Source: Sashavirus BDX09P1
Sequence record: OZ035775.1
Direction: 5' to 3' (one strand)
Length of the DNA: 58,371 nt
Part shown: positions 9,524 to 19,056 of the stretch, piece by piece
How positions within the stretch are numbered: position 1 is the first letter of the stretch
How the letters are laid out: every line of letters starts with the position of its first letter
Translations under genes and position numbers: made by a program
The notes under the pieces: model-generated
Databases searched by the model: none
Told to the model about the DNA's origin: nothing
What the model saw: only the letters and a program-made list of their open reading frames with translations

Positions 9524-9688
9524 ATGTGTTGTAGAACATCGTGTTGTCTGGGAAGTCCTGCTACGCAATTTGGTCTTCTTCAGTCACAGATTGCACATAC
9601 TCAGGCCGTTTTCAGAGGGTTTACCAGTCCGTTCATAGTACCATTACAGTTTTCCGCGTTCACGTTTAGACCTTTTGTATTTTACTGA
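9524..9688 (+). CDS. small Cys-rich peptide (54 aa)
   Basis: Below threshold; AAGGGGG RBS 6 bp before ATG; N-terminus MCCRTSCC. Confidence 0.3.
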   Translation: MCCRTSCCLGSPATQFGLLQSQIAHTQAVFRGFTSPFIVPLQFSAFTFRPFVFY

Positions 9689-9696
9689 TCGACTTT

Positions 9697-9723
9697 GCCC
9701 CGGACAGTTCCGGGGCTTTTTTT
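9697..9723 (+). terminator. intrinsic terminator ending the 7.6-9.7 kb operon
   Basis: GCCCCGG-acagtt-CCGGGGC + TTTTTTT. Confidence 0.65.
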
Positions 9724-10004
9724 CAACGTCTGAAAGATGAAAGAACAGCGAGGCTAACAGAACCTAAACCGAATATGACGGCGTATGTTAGCTGATGTTG
9801 AAGTTTCACAAAACCGTAATAATCGCTTTGTAATTCTACGATGTCAAAAGCAATTGAAAAACTGGTTACCAGCAACATGATTGAAAGAACACGAATCAGA
9901 GCAACTGCTAATCCTATCACCCCTTGTTCTTTTTTCTCAGTTGTAATAACGACAACAATCATTAACAGAAGTGAGAAAACAATATACATGTATTCCATAA
10001 TCAT
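9723..10004 (-). CDS. hypothetical membrane protein
   Basis: Two or three hydrophobic segments. Confidence 0.4.
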   Translation of the reverse strand: MIMEYMYIVFSLLLMIVVVITTEKKEQGVIGLAVALIRVLSIMLLVTSFSIAFDIVELQSDYYGFVKLQHQLTYAVIFGLGSVSLAVLSSFRR

Positions 10005-10158
10005 TAGTCCCGATAAACTTCAGCACACCCATAAATTTTACCAGGGTTGTAAGCCTGTTCAGCTTGTAAAGCACCCTGACACTGTTCGAACGTCATGATA
10101 CGTTCTGTCACAGGTTCAATAGCCACACCATGCAGAACAAGCACTAGTACATAACCAA

Positions 10159-10494
10159 TTAACATTCTCTTAGAGTCTCCGCCCAGTCCAGACCGTGTAG
10201 GTTTACAGTTGCAAGCCTCACTTTTGGGATACCGTAACGACGATTATCCCAAAATTCATCACAGAGTTCTGGTTCACTAAAATACCCGTAAACAACCCCG
10301 TAACTATTCGTGGCTATATAGTTAATATCTTCAGGAACAGTTAAAGACAAACCAAAATAATTGACCGTTTTATACACGTCTGCACTAGCCAGTGTCATTT
10401 TACAATCTGGCGCTTCTTCGTGGATATCCCACGATTTACCACAGTGTGAACACTGATATTCATCGTTACAGCGAATAGCGTTTACATGATTCAT
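10159..10494 (-). CDS. hypothetical protein
   Basis: Track ORF; CxxC pair near N-terminus. Confidence 0.4.
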   Translation of the reverse strand: MNHVNAIRCNDEYQCSHCGKSWDIHEEAPDCKMTLASADVYKTVNYFGLSLTVPEDINYIATNSYGVVYGYFSEPELCDEFWDNRRYGIPKVRLATVNLHGLDWAETLREC

Positions 10495-10496
10495 GA

Positions 10497-10799
10497 TTAT
10501 TCCTCTTTGAGTGATTCACCTAATAAATGTTTCATGCGTGTCAAACGTTTACATTGATTAATAAACGCCTGATTTGACCACGGTTGACTGAATTTACCAG
10601 TTGATACAGGATTCATTAAACCAGGGATAACCACAGATGCATCTGCTAATACTCTTTCACCATCCATTGTTATTTCAATATTCAAACCGTTATTAACGTT
10701 GAACATGTGACAGCCTGTTTCAACACCCGTACCCACATAACGAGCCATACATGACATACCCTGAACAGTCAGAAATTGTTTGTAATTCTCATATGTCAT
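10497..10799 (-). CDS. hypothetical protein
   Basis: Track ORF. Confidence 0.4.
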   Translation of the reverse strand: MTYENYKQFLTVQGMSCMARYVGTGVETGCHMFNVNNGLNIEITMDGERVLADASVVIPGLMNPVSTGKFSQPWSNQAFINQCKRLTRMKHLLGESLKEE

Positions 10800-11092
10800 T
10801 TAACGGTTCCTTCTACAAACCACATGGACGCAAGATACGCACACCCGGCAATTTTATGTTCGTGTTTAGGTTCGAAACTACCCGGGATCACTTTGATATG
10901 CGCGTGAGCATCTTTAAAGTTCACACCTTCAACAGCAATTAAGCGTTTTTCTACTTGGTCATTATAAGTTTTTAAAAGTTCGTCGCGCATTACTCGACAT
11001 GTTTCACACGGGCATTTCATAACAGGTTCAGTACAAGCATTAGGATCTAATGACGCAATACCAAAACCACTACCGTTGCCGTACATACTCAC
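10796..11092 (-). CDS. hypothetical protein with CPCETC cluster
   Basis: Track ORF; first gene after P4. Confidence 0.4.
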   Translation of the reverse strand: MSMYGNGSGFGIASLDPNACTEPVMKCPCETCRVMRDELLKTYNDQVEKRLIAVEGVNFKDAHAHIKVIPGSFEPKHEHKIAGCAYLASMWFVEGTVK

Positions 11093-11116
11093 TACTCCTG
11101 TTCAGTTGATGGTGAA

Positions 11117-11157
11117 AGCATAACTGCGTATCTGTAATCAGTCAAGAATTATTTTAA
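11117..11157 (-). promoter_or_regulatory. sigma70-like promoter P4 (conserved motif copy)
   Basis: Minus strand TTAAAATAATTC-TTGACT-17-TATGCT. Confidence 0.6.
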
Positions 11158-11227
11158 CACCGTGCAAAAAAACCATCACTGATATAACATACGTTAAGAA
11201 CCGTAAACCGTATGGAGCCTGTAGAAC

Positions 11228-12583
11228 ATGGCTGATCAACAATTCGAACAACTAGCCGTTGCCGGGTACAGTCGAACAGGCAACCAGGTAAACGACGATT
11301 TTCTTCCTAAACTGAATGGTAAACAAGGCCGTCGTATTCTTCGTCAGATGGCTGAGAACGACGAAACGATCGGTGGTGTACTGTTTGCTATGAGTAGCGT
11401 TTATCGTTCTGTACAGTGGATTTTTGACCCGTCTGACAAAGATGATCCAGAAGCTATCCGTTATTCAGAATGGTTACAGGATGCTATTGAAAATAAAATG
11501 GGTGATCCGCGTGGTGCACTCCCGGATGATACCTGGTCCGCGTTCGTTCAGACATGGACAGACGTTGATGTATTCGGCTGGGGTTGGTATGACATCTGGG
11601 TCAAAGATCTTGATGACGGTACAGTGGGTATTGCCCGTCTGGTTCCTGTAGCACCTGAAACGCTTGCTGGCTGGGATATTGAAGAACCGACAGGTTATGT
11701 TCGTGGTATTTATCAATGTTCACCTAATCAGGGTACAACGACGTTAATCACACGTGACCGTTCGCTTCATTTGATTTCAAGTCCGAATAAAGGTAACCCG
11801 GAAGGTTTATCACTGCTGCGCACAGCTTATCGCCCGTGGTACTACAAAAAAGTGAATATGGAAATCGAATCCATACTTGCCGAACGTGGTACAGGGTTCC
11901 CGGTAATTACTGTCAACGCAGATATTAAGAAAGCGGCTAATGATCCTAATGTTCCTGAACAACAGCGTCAGGCAGCACAGGCGATGATTGATGACTATGA
12001 AAACATCGTCGCTAATATCAAACGCAATGAACAATCAGGACTGGTGATTTATTCTAAACCGTATATCACGGGTTATGATAACGAAACAGGTGTTACTACG
12101 TACGGTGGTGAACAACAGGTGAAACTGGAATTCGTTACACCTAACCAGACCAGTTCTGTGGATATTGACCGGACGATTAAACGCCTGGATACCAGTATTG
12201 CCCGTGCGTTACTGGCTGATTTTTTATTTTTTGGCAGTTCGGGTAATACAAGTAATGGTGCTAACCTGGGTAATCGTACTGAACTGTGGATCCGCGCAAT
12301 GCAATCACGTATTGACAGCATTGTAGAATGTGTTAATCGTCAGTTGATACCGCAGTTATGGTCATTAAACGCATTTCCTGATGAATACCGCCCGTCGATT
12401 CGCGCCGGGTCGATCAGTAAAGACAGTATCGAGACGTTGACCACTGCACTTGCACGACTTGCACAAGCTGGTGCGCCTGTATTCCCGGATCCAGACCTTC
12501 AGGAATACGTGTATAAAGAGGCTGGTCTACCTATTACGGGGATTGATAAAGCCGGGGACGGATTACCGTCTATTGACGACTGA
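11228..12583 (+). CDS. portal protein
   Basis: 451 aa, size and placement typical of portal; general portal-like composition; family not determined. Confidence 0.65.
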   Translation: MADQQFEQLAVAGYSRTGNQVNDDFLPKLNGKQGRRILRQMAENDETIGGVLFAMSSVYRSVQWIFDPSDKDDPEAIRYSEWLQDAIENKMGDPRGALPDDTWSAFVQTWTDVDVFGWGWYDIWVKDLDDGTVGIARLVPVAPETLAGWDIEEPTGYVRGIYQCSPNQGTTTLITRDRSLHLISSPNKGNPEGLSLLRTAYRPWYYKKVNMEIESILAERGTGFPVITVNADIKKAANDPNVPEQQRQAAQAMIDDYENIVANIKRNEQSGLVIYSKPYITGYDNETGVTTYGGEQQVKLEFVTPNQTSSVDIDRTIKRLDTSIARALLADFLFFGSSGNTSNGANLGNRTELWIRAMQSRIDSIVECVNRQLIPQLWSLNAFPDEYRPSIRAGSISKDSIETLTTALARLAQAGAPVFPDPDLQEYVYKEAGLPITGIDKAGDGLPSIDD

Positions 12584-12591
12584 ATGAAAAA

Positions 12592-12609
12592 GGGACCGTT
12601 ACTGGTCCC
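12592..12609. terminator. bidirectional hairpin between convergent genes
   Basis: GGGACC-gttact-GGTCCC with T-rich flank on the minus side. Confidence 0.5.
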
Positions 12610-12615
12610 TTAATT

Positions 12616-12948
12616 TTACTTAGTTTCAGGCTGCACGATTGACAGTAACTTACTCGCTTCATCAACCGCAGTCTGAATACGAGTCTGTAACGGATAACTG
12701 TTGTTGATCGCACGTTCCAGCGTTTTATCAAGCAGTTGCAGTTTGACTTCATCATCGCCAGTGAACGCGTACATGTCAGCGACAACTTCCTTAAACTGTG
12801 ATGCTTGCTCAACAATAGTCGTGGTTACAATGTATTTCCAGACTTTGTTAAGTAGTTTAAATTTCACTTCGTTGTCAGCAACTGCATCAACCAGAATTTC
12901 AGCAGCAGTCTTGTCATATTTAACAAGCTCAAGAATTTCAAAACGCAT
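12616..12948 (-). CDS. hypothetical protein
   Basis: Track ORF. Confidence 0.4.
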   Translation of the reverse strand: MRFEILELVKYDKTAAEILVDAVADNEVKFKLLNKVWKYIVTTTIVEQASQFKEVVADMYAFTGDDEVKLQLLDKTLERAINNSYPLQTRIQTAVDEASKLLSIVQPETK

Positions 12949-12963
12949 TTAAGTCTTCTCCTG

Positions 12964-13308
12964 TCAGTTAACATACTTCGCGATCAGTTTATCACAATCC
13001 TCGCGACAGGTAGCATACTTAAACAGGTCACTGGCTGCTTCTGCGCGGTAGTCAGTATCAATGGTGTAATGTTCATTAACATAATTATAGGCTGCAAGGT
13101 AATTGCTGAACATCCCCGTGGTTACCACTTTCGGTTGTTCCCTTACGACCTTACCGTTAAACAGATGTGCGATTAGCAGAATCAGACCACCGATCACAGG
13201 ACTTGTGAGAAATGCGATAAAGAACCATACACCAGGGTTACGACCTGTTTGTTTGGCAACACCCGCGACAACCAGAGAGAAAAGAACCCATAAAATAGCG
13301 AATAACAT
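12964..13308 (-). CDS. hypothetical membrane protein
   Basis: Two N-terminal TM-like segments; AAGGAGG RBS; downstream of P5. Confidence 0.45.
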   Translation of the reverse strand: MLFAILWVLFSLVVAGVAKQTGRNPGVWFFIAFLTSPVIGGLILLIAHLFNGKVVREQPKVVTTGMFSNYLAAYNYVNEHYTIDTDYRAEAASDLFKYATCREDCDKLIAKYVN

Positions 13309-13338
13309 GATTGTGTCCTCCTTTGTTTTGATATTTGT

Positions 13339-13380
13339 AGGTTACACGTCCTTGTGTAATCCGTCTAGAATTATTTTAAA
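13339..13380 (-). promoter_or_regulatory. promoter P5 (variant motif, TAGAC in place of TTGAC)
   Basis: Minus strand TTTAAAATAATTC-TAGACG-17-TAACCT; ~50 bp context shared with P9. Confidence 0.45.
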
Positions 13381-13619
13381 TTGTCATAGACAGGCGGTAA
13401 GCCCATTGCGGCCTGTACAGACCGTTTTTCGTATTCCTCCCGAAGTTTCTGAAGCTGTTCAATACCGATGTCACAACCACGTATGATATCAGCGCACAGG
13501 TCGTTGTAGGTCGCTTCAGATTGCTTGCTGTGTGGGTAATCAACACAGGATGGATCTGCAATAATGACTTTCGGTAGATATGCGACAGTATCGCCCATTG
13601 CGTTTTTAAATATCGTCAT
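13371..13619 (-). CDS. hypothetical protein
   Basis: Track ORF. Confidence 0.35.
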   Translation of the reverse strand: MTIFKNAMGDTVAYLPKVIIADPSCVDYPHSKQSEATYNDLCADIIRGCDIGIEQLQKLREEYEKRSVQAAMGLPPVYDNLK

Positions 13620-13945
13620 AAATACGACCCCACAATTGCTGCACAGTTGACGATCGCTAAACGCGTTGCTTTTTCACGGTCTTCTCCGTGGCTAACTGGT
13701 TGCTTATAATTAACGCCAGTGTCAGGGTTATTAACCGTCACTTCGTTGTCACGAACATCCAGATCCATGTACATGTTAACCATCAGACTGAAAGCATCCT
13801 CATTACGTGTAAGAGGGTTCCACAGGCGACCATTACCTATATCAATACCTTCGTTTATGTAACGTTCGTCGTACGCGACGTAATATTTACCATGGATTTC
13901 AGCAGCCCGTGCTGCGTTGACTAATAAATCACGATTGTTCATCAT
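13616..13945 (-). CDS. hypothetical protein
   Basis: Track ORF, 4-bp overlaps with neighbours. Confidence 0.45.
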   Translation of the reverse strand: MMNNRDLLVNAARAAEIHGKYYVAYDERYINEGIDIGNGRLWNPLTRNEDAFSLMVNMYMDLDVRDNEVTVNNPDTGVNYKQPVSHGEDREKATRLAIVNCAAIVGSYL

Positions 13946-14445
13946 ACCCTTCCTGTTGATCCAAACCCGCCATTACGCTGACTATCAACATCTGGTAATT
14001 CTTCCACTTCAACCAGGTTAACAGGTTCGACACGTTCAACCATGATCTGACAAACACGTTCACCGTCTGCGATAGTCTGTAATTTCTGCCCGTGGTTAGT
14101 CAGCGTAACGTAGTATTCTTCTTTGTAATCACGATCACCAATACCCACACAGTTGATCAGTGACAAACCGTGTTTAAGACTCATGCCGGAACGTGGGTAA
14201 ATTTTAATGCAATATCCGCTATCAACTGACATTTTCAGACCAGTGGGAATCATAGCGCGGTCGCCGGGCCATAATGCGATTGTTCCTGCAACAACCGGAC
14301 GTTCCACTTTAGCGCCCGATTCTGTGAATATAGTTACCGATTCTTCCCACAGGCAAGCACGAACGTCTAACCCGGCGCTGTCTGGTGTTGCACGTGTCGG
14401 AAGTTCAGCGTGGGGTGTTAGTTTTTTGATATACAGGTTAGTCAT
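13942..14445 (-). CDS. dut: dUTP diphosphatase
   Basis: dUTPase motifs: AGLDVRA, PRSG, GVIDxDYxxE-like IGDRDYKEEY, C-terminal GGFGSTG. Confidence 0.85.
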   Translation of the reverse strand: MTNLYIKKLTPHAELPTRATPDSAGLDVRACLWEESVTIFTESGAKVERPVVAGTIALWPGDRAMIPTGLKMSVDSGYCIKIYPRSGMSLKHGLSLINCVGIGDRDYKEEYYVTLTNHGQKLQTIADGERVCQIMVERVEPVNLVEVEELPDVDSQRNGGFGSTGRV

Positions 14446-14479
14446 TGTTTGATTCCTCAGTGTGTTTCGTTCGTGACAA

Positions 14480-14521
14480 ATGTTAGTGTTACTGCTTGCA
14501 ATGTGTCAAGAATTATTTTAA
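14480..14521 (-). promoter_or_regulatory. sigma70-like promoter P6 (conserved motif copy)
   Basis: Minus strand TTTAAAATAATTC-TTGACA-17-CTAACA, GAGGAA RBS then dut ATG. Confidence 0.55.
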
Positions 14522-14552
14522 ACTTCTGTCAACGTTAACCAATGAGGAATAA

Positions 14553-14861
14553 ATGATGTTTGAACATCCGTGGAACATACCTGCATATGATGCTGAAAGT
14601 GAAAAACAATCACTTGACTATCAAATGAAAACACAACAAGTAGACTGGAGTGAAGCGCCAGACTGGGCTACATGTGTTGTTCTTAATAAGACAACAAACA
14701 CTTTTGCATGGTCTGACGGTTCAATGTACGCACCAATTTTAAGAAATCCACCACAAATTATGGAGAATGCTGATGACTTTGAAATCTTTGAAAAAACGCC
14801 CTTGTGGTCCAGCAACACCTGTCAAAACAAAACTGTTAATGACACCGAAAGCCCGTGGTAA
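14553..14861 (+). CDS. hypothetical protein
   Basis: Track ORF; GAGGAA RBS. Confidence 0.4.
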   Translation: MMFEHPWNIPAYDAESEKQSLDYQMKTQQVDWSEAPDWATCVVLNKTTNTFAWSDGSMYAPILRNPPQIMENADDFEIFEKTPLWSSNTCQNKTVNDTESPW

Positions 14862-15312
14862 CACTTATGAAGAATTCATCGCAACCGGGTGGAACGACGA
14901 CCAGTTAGTCGAACATGGTTATGCTATTCGTATTACAGACAAACGTTCCTGGTCACCAATGACCGTCGGAACTGAAACAATTACACCACCTTCAAATTGT
15001 CGGTGTACATTCACCCCTGTTCAACAACCATCAACAGCGTCTGACTTACTGAAACAGGCTGAACAGCTACTGACAGAACGTGGTAAGCAGTATGACACGT
15101 ATGGTCAGGAACGTTCGTCAGCTAAAATCGTTGCTGCGTTTAACACAATTACCGGGCGTGACTTAACACCAGGTGAAGGGTGGTTATTCCTGATGCTGTT
15201 AAAAGCGGTTCGTTTCTATTCCAATACTGAAACACCACATCGTGACAGTCTGGAAGACTTGATCAGCTATGCTGCATTACATGCAGAGGAATATCTTAAC
15301 AATGAACGGTGA
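14767..15312 (+). CDS. hypothetical protein carrying a TYEEFIATGWNDDQLVEHGY motif (start uncertain)
   Basis: Track ORF; true start may be the internal ATG near 14842; motif shared with C-terminus of the DUF2815-like protein. Confidence 0.4.
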   Translation: MLMTLKSLKKRPCGPATPVKTKLLMTPKARGNTYEEFIATGWNDDQLVEHGYAIRITDKRSWSPMTVGTETITPPSNCRCTFTPVQQPSTASDLLKQAEQLLTERGKQYDTYGQERSSAKIVAAFNTITGRDLTPGEGWLFLMLLKAVRFYSNTETPHRDSLEDLISYAALHAEEYLNNER

Positions 15313-15484
15313 ACAAGCATTCGACCTTCTGGTTAAATACGACATTATTGTTATTCACTGTGACCGTGAACAAATCGTTTTCACAGATGATCTTCGTTAT
15401 GAAGAACCTTATGACGGTGATAAACGGTCTGCCATGATTCGGTTAATTGAACGTGTGGCACGTGACAGAGGGGAACTATTATAA
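15302..15484 (+). CDS. hypothetical protein
   Basis: Track ORF trimmed to MNGEQAF start overlapping upstream stop. Confidence 0.3.
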   Translation: MNGEQAFDLLVKYDIIVIHCDREQIVFTDDLRYEEPYDGDKRSAMIRLIERVARDRGELL

Positions 15485-15678
15485 TGGTTCAAACTATTTC
15501 TGAATTACTACCCACCGTTTATGGCAACGTGACAGAACTTGCCAGGCGGATTGGGTGTAACAAAGCGACAGTTTATAAATATATGGATGACACCAACGGT
15601 GAATTTCACGCGGTGGTGAATGGTAAGTTAATGGTCAGACCCGGTTTTAAAGGACGTTATACTCGTGACAAAAGATGA
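15484..15678 (+). CDS. small putative helix-turn-helix protein
   Basis: TELARRIGCNKATVYKYM resembles an HTH. Confidence 0.35.
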   Translation: MVQTISELLPTVYGNVTELARRIGCNKATVYKYMDDTNGEFHAVVNGKLMVRPGFKGRYTRDKR

Positions 15679-15823
15679 AAAATTATTACGTGAACTTGAA
15701 ATAGACTACGAACGAGCGCAAAAAGCGTTACAGTTTCTGGAAGAACAGATCCGCGAAGTTAAGAACCGCATTCAGGGAACTGAAAAACGTAATCTTCCAC
15801 GCCCGTAACACGTGATATAATCG

Positions 15824-15851
15824 GCCTCAGTGTGTTAACTGAGGCTTTTTT
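15824..15851 (+). terminator. intrinsic terminator
   Basis: GCCTCAG-tgtgttaa-CTGAGGC + TTTTTT, directly before ATG 15852. Confidence 0.6.
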
Positions 15852-16811
15852 ATGGCTACTAAAGACCCATACCCGGATATTTCAGACAAGTATGACGCTC
15901 GCATTCGCGAAGCACTTAATGTCGTGTGGGAAAACGTGCGTCGTAGTGAGTCGTTAGCTAACCTGGAATACATCATTGAAACTCAGGGTATTGCCGGGCT
16001 AATCCCCATTCTTGAAACACTCCCTGATGAACTTAGTGCACAGTTGCGCCCGGTTATTGAAGACGCGATCGCCGAATCAGGTCGTGTAGTCATTCAGGTT
16101 TTACCGAAAGCGGCTGTGACAGGTCCGGTTGTGTTCAGTCTGGTCACCCCACAGGTCAGCACATATATCAACAACTATGTCGGACAACTGATCCGTGAAG
16201 TCAGTGATGAAACAGTCAAAGCTGTTCAGATTGCAGTTAACCAGGGTGTGGTAACCGGACGAAATCCGCGTCAGATAGCCCGTGATTTTCGATCATCAAT
16301 AGGGTTAACCACACGGCAGGAAATGACGGTTCAACGTCTGCGATCAGCACTGGAAAAAGGTGAAGCAGGTTATGTGAACAGTCTGACAACAGTTACAGAC
16401 AATGCAAAGAACGCTGTAAGTGCCGGGAAACTATCACAGGCGAAGATTGACCAGATAATCGAACAGACACGCTTGCGTTACGTAAAACAGCGTACAGAGA
16501 CAATAGCGCGTACTGAATCACTTCGTGCTGTATCAGTTGGTCAGGATCAGGCAATACGTCAGGGACAGATTACCGGGGCTATTAGTAATGAATTGCTGAA
16601 GCGCTGGTTATATAGAAAGGATGGTCGGACACGTGATGCGCATATTTCCACGGGTGAAACGAACGGTTGGATACCAATGGACAGACCGTTTTCAACGCCG
16701 TTAGGACCACTTATGTTTCCTCGTGATCCTAACGGTAGTGCCGCGAACGTGATTAATTGCCGTTGCAGGGTACAGTACAGCTTGCCGGAAGATATAGGTT
16801 CATTGGGTTAA
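15852..16811 (+). CDS. head morphogenesis protein (SPP1 gp7 / Mu F-like)
   Basis: C-terminal signature ...RTESLRAV...RTRDAHI...NCRCRV typical of this minor capsid family. Confidence 0.7.
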   Translation: MATKDPYPDISDKYDARIREALNVVWENVRRSESLANLEYIIETQGIAGLIPILETLPDELSAQLRPVIEDAIAESGRVVIQVLPKAAVTGPVVFSLVTPQVSTYINNYVGQLIREVSDETVKAVQIAVNQGVVTGRNPRQIARDFRSSIGLTTRQEMTVQRLRSALEKGEAGYVNSLTTVTDNAKNAVSAGKLSQAKIDQIIEQTRLRYVKQRTETIARTESLRAVSVGQDQAIRQGQITGAISNELLKRWLYRKDGRTRDAHISTGETNGWIPMDRPFSTPLGPLMFPRDPNGSAANVINCRCRVQYSLPEDIGSLG

Positions 16812-16817
16812 AAAATA

Positions 16818-16833
16818 CCCCGGTTTACCGGGG
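16818..16833. terminator. bidirectional hairpin
   Basis: CCCCGG-ttta-CCGGGG flanked by A-run (T-run on minus strand). Confidence 0.5.
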
Positions 16834-16851
16834 TTAACTAGAGGGTCATAA

Positions 16852-17070
16852 TCAACATCCTTGATTTACACGATATTTCATTTTCGACCAATTGTCAGCA
16901 GTATTTTTTAGAACAGCTATTCTTCTGTACTGACCTACACCGTACCACTTAAAGTCATTACCGTGACACGGTTCACATTCATAAGCACAAACATCACCGT
17001 TTTTATTAACTGCTATCCAGTTCGCCCATTGAGGGATGAAAGCAGTCATATTATCTATAATTGCTTTCAT
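16852..17070 (-). CDS. hypothetical Cys-containing protein
   Basis: Start moved to MKAIIDN with AAAGGA RBS. Confidence 0.4.
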   Translation of the reverse strand: MKAIIDNMTAFIPQWANWIAVNKNGDVCAYECEPCHGNDFKWYGVGQYRRIAVLKNTADNWSKMKYRVNQGC

Positions 17071-17369
17071 TGTGTTTATCCTTTTGTGTTTGTTCTCGCT
17101 TTGTTTATAGCGGCTAAAGCGATTGTATACGCACTGTTGACATATCTTTGAGCGTACCACCAGATTGAATCAGTGTTACTTCGTTTCACATTTCTGTAAG
17201 CCATTATTACATCAAGATCGTCAGCAGTGAGTTTGAAACTATCGTCATTTCCCATATGCTGGTTCCTTCTGTTACGGATTGACTAACAGGTATAACCCAC
17301 CGAATAAACAAATATTGACAATTATTGCAGCGATAATTGCGAAAATTAATGTTTTCATACTTAAACTTC

Positions 17370-17681
17370 CTATGCTCTAAAATGACTTATGTCAAACACA
17401 GCAAGAATGTGTTGACATTCTACAAAGCTGAAAGTATCTATCCACAATGCCTGAATGATAAGATTGTCACCATCTATGATGTGAGGGTGTTTCATTAACT
17501 CATTAATTGGGTAATAACAACCCTCTGTGAATTCACCACAATCTGGTGCTGTGAACGTACATCTACAACCGTTCATTATTTTACTCATCATAATCAAATC
17601 CTCGTCAATAACAGGAATTTCAACAGGGTCGTCCCGTTCAGCAATTTCTAATTGTTCGATAATTCGATCGTAGCTAATCAT
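17370..17681 (-). CDS. hypothetical protein
   Basis: Track ORF. Confidence 0.4.
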   Translation of the reverse strand: MISYDRIIEQLEIAERDDPVEIPVIDEDLIMMSKIMNGCRCTFTAPDCGEFTEGCYYPINELMKHPHIIDGDNLIIQALWIDTFSFVECQHILAVFDISHFRA

Positions 17682-17875
17682 GATTGTAACCTCATTTATG
17701 CATGTACAGATCTAATCCTAAAATCACAATAACAACTATCCACGCCATGCAAATGAGTTCTAAAGTGTCCATAACTTAGTCCTCGTTATTAAAATCTTCA
17801 GCGGCTTTATCGTATTCTTTTTTAGCGTCCGGATTGTCTGCCGGGTAACCAACAGTGTGTAATTCGTCTGTCACG

Positions 17876-18076
17876 TTATTCAAATCCCATACCATCTGGT
17901 AGTTCCCCCGTGATGATTGCGAAATTATAACTACATGCAACTATTTGACCGTTAACTGTGCTGATATCAACTTGCACAGGTCCACATTCAACTTCATCGT
18001 TTTTAATGCTGTCATGAAGTTTCCGAAGCATATCTAACACTGTTTCTTTGTTTACAGTTTCAGGTACTTTATTCAT
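17876..18076 (-). CDS. hypothetical protein
   Basis: Start moved to MNKVPETV with AAAGGAAAG RBS. Confidence 0.4.
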   Translation of the reverse strand: MNKVPETVNKETVLDMLRKLHDSIKNDEVECGPVQVDISTVNGQIVACSYNFAIITGELPDGMGFE

Positions 18077-18400
18077 GGACACTTTCCTTTTTAACTGGGA
18101 TAAACGGGTAGTGTGCAAGATCAGCTGGAACGAATCTCTTAACAGTTTTCCAACCACATCCACCGAGTACCTGCACACGTCCTAAGTATTGACGATAAAA
18201 GTTAAGGTTTTCCAGGTTTTGGTAATAACGTATCATTTTGATAACCTCTCTAGCCTCAATCTTAATCTTAAAACCTTTCTCCAGTCGGAATCAGTAAATT
18301 CTTCTAATGGTTTAATTAGCAATTCGTTGATGTGAGTGGGTGTATAAGGTTCCGATGGTTCACTAACGATATGCTGTTTCCGTTTCTTTTTACTCATAGG

Positions 18401-18949
18401 TTATAACCCCAGTAAAAGTTTAAGCGCACGTTTACGAACATCATCCTGTTTACGCAAAGTAGTTAATTCCTTTTGCAGATTTTCTTTCTCTTCCCATAAC
18501 TTTTTCATGTCTATCAACAATAAATCATAGGTCTTACGATTGACTTCAATTTCGTTACGTAGTTCGTCATTCTGTTTATGCAATTCTCCGATTTCACACT
18601 GTAACTGTAGTAACGGTTGATGTTGGTGATTATTCAACTTCTTTAATTTGGCTAGTACAGCTTTGCGAACGGCTTTAGATTCACGCATACCCACAAGAAG
18701 CATTTGGTCCATGTTTAGATCGATCACTTCAAACGGTTTTCTATTGCCACCTCTTCCCTGAAGTTTGGGTGTGAAAAGTTTCGTAACCAAAACTTGACCT
18801 TCTAATTCATCCTTAACTCTGGTTAAGAAATCATTATGACGGACCCAGATTTCCTCACCTTCAGCCACACGTGCTGGGTTGATGACATTCTTCAAGAAAT
18901 CCAGGCTGGACATTGTGAATTTGTTATCAACATTCATAACTTCAAACAT
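18401..18949 (-). CDS. Rha-like regulatory protein with coiled-coil C-terminus
   Basis: N-terminal ...KFTMSSLDFLKNV... resembles Rha-family motif; C-terminal heptad-rich region. Confidence 0.4.
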   Translation of the reverse strand: MFEVMNVDNKFTMSSLDFLKNVINPARVAEGEEIWVRHNDFLTRVKDELEGQVLVTKLFTPKLQGRGGNRKPFEVIDLNMDQMLLVGMRESKAVRKAVLAKLKKLNNHQHQPLLQLQCEIGELHKQNDELRNEIEVNRKTYDLLLIDMKKLWEEKENLQKELTTLRKQDDVRKRALKLLLGL

Positions 18950-18962
18950 AACCGTCAACCTC

Positions 18963-19028
18963 TTACTATTCCTACAATTACAGGTACTGCGAAAATCATG
19001 AAAGCCAGTATGTAGTAAATCATCGCGT
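18963..19028 (-). CDS. 22-aa hydrophobic peptide
   Basis: MIYYILAFMIFAVPVIVGIVRG with AAGGAGA RBS directly downstream of P7. Confidence 0.25.
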
Positions 19029-19056
19029 ATCTCCTTTTTTTCTTCCCGTTAACCAC

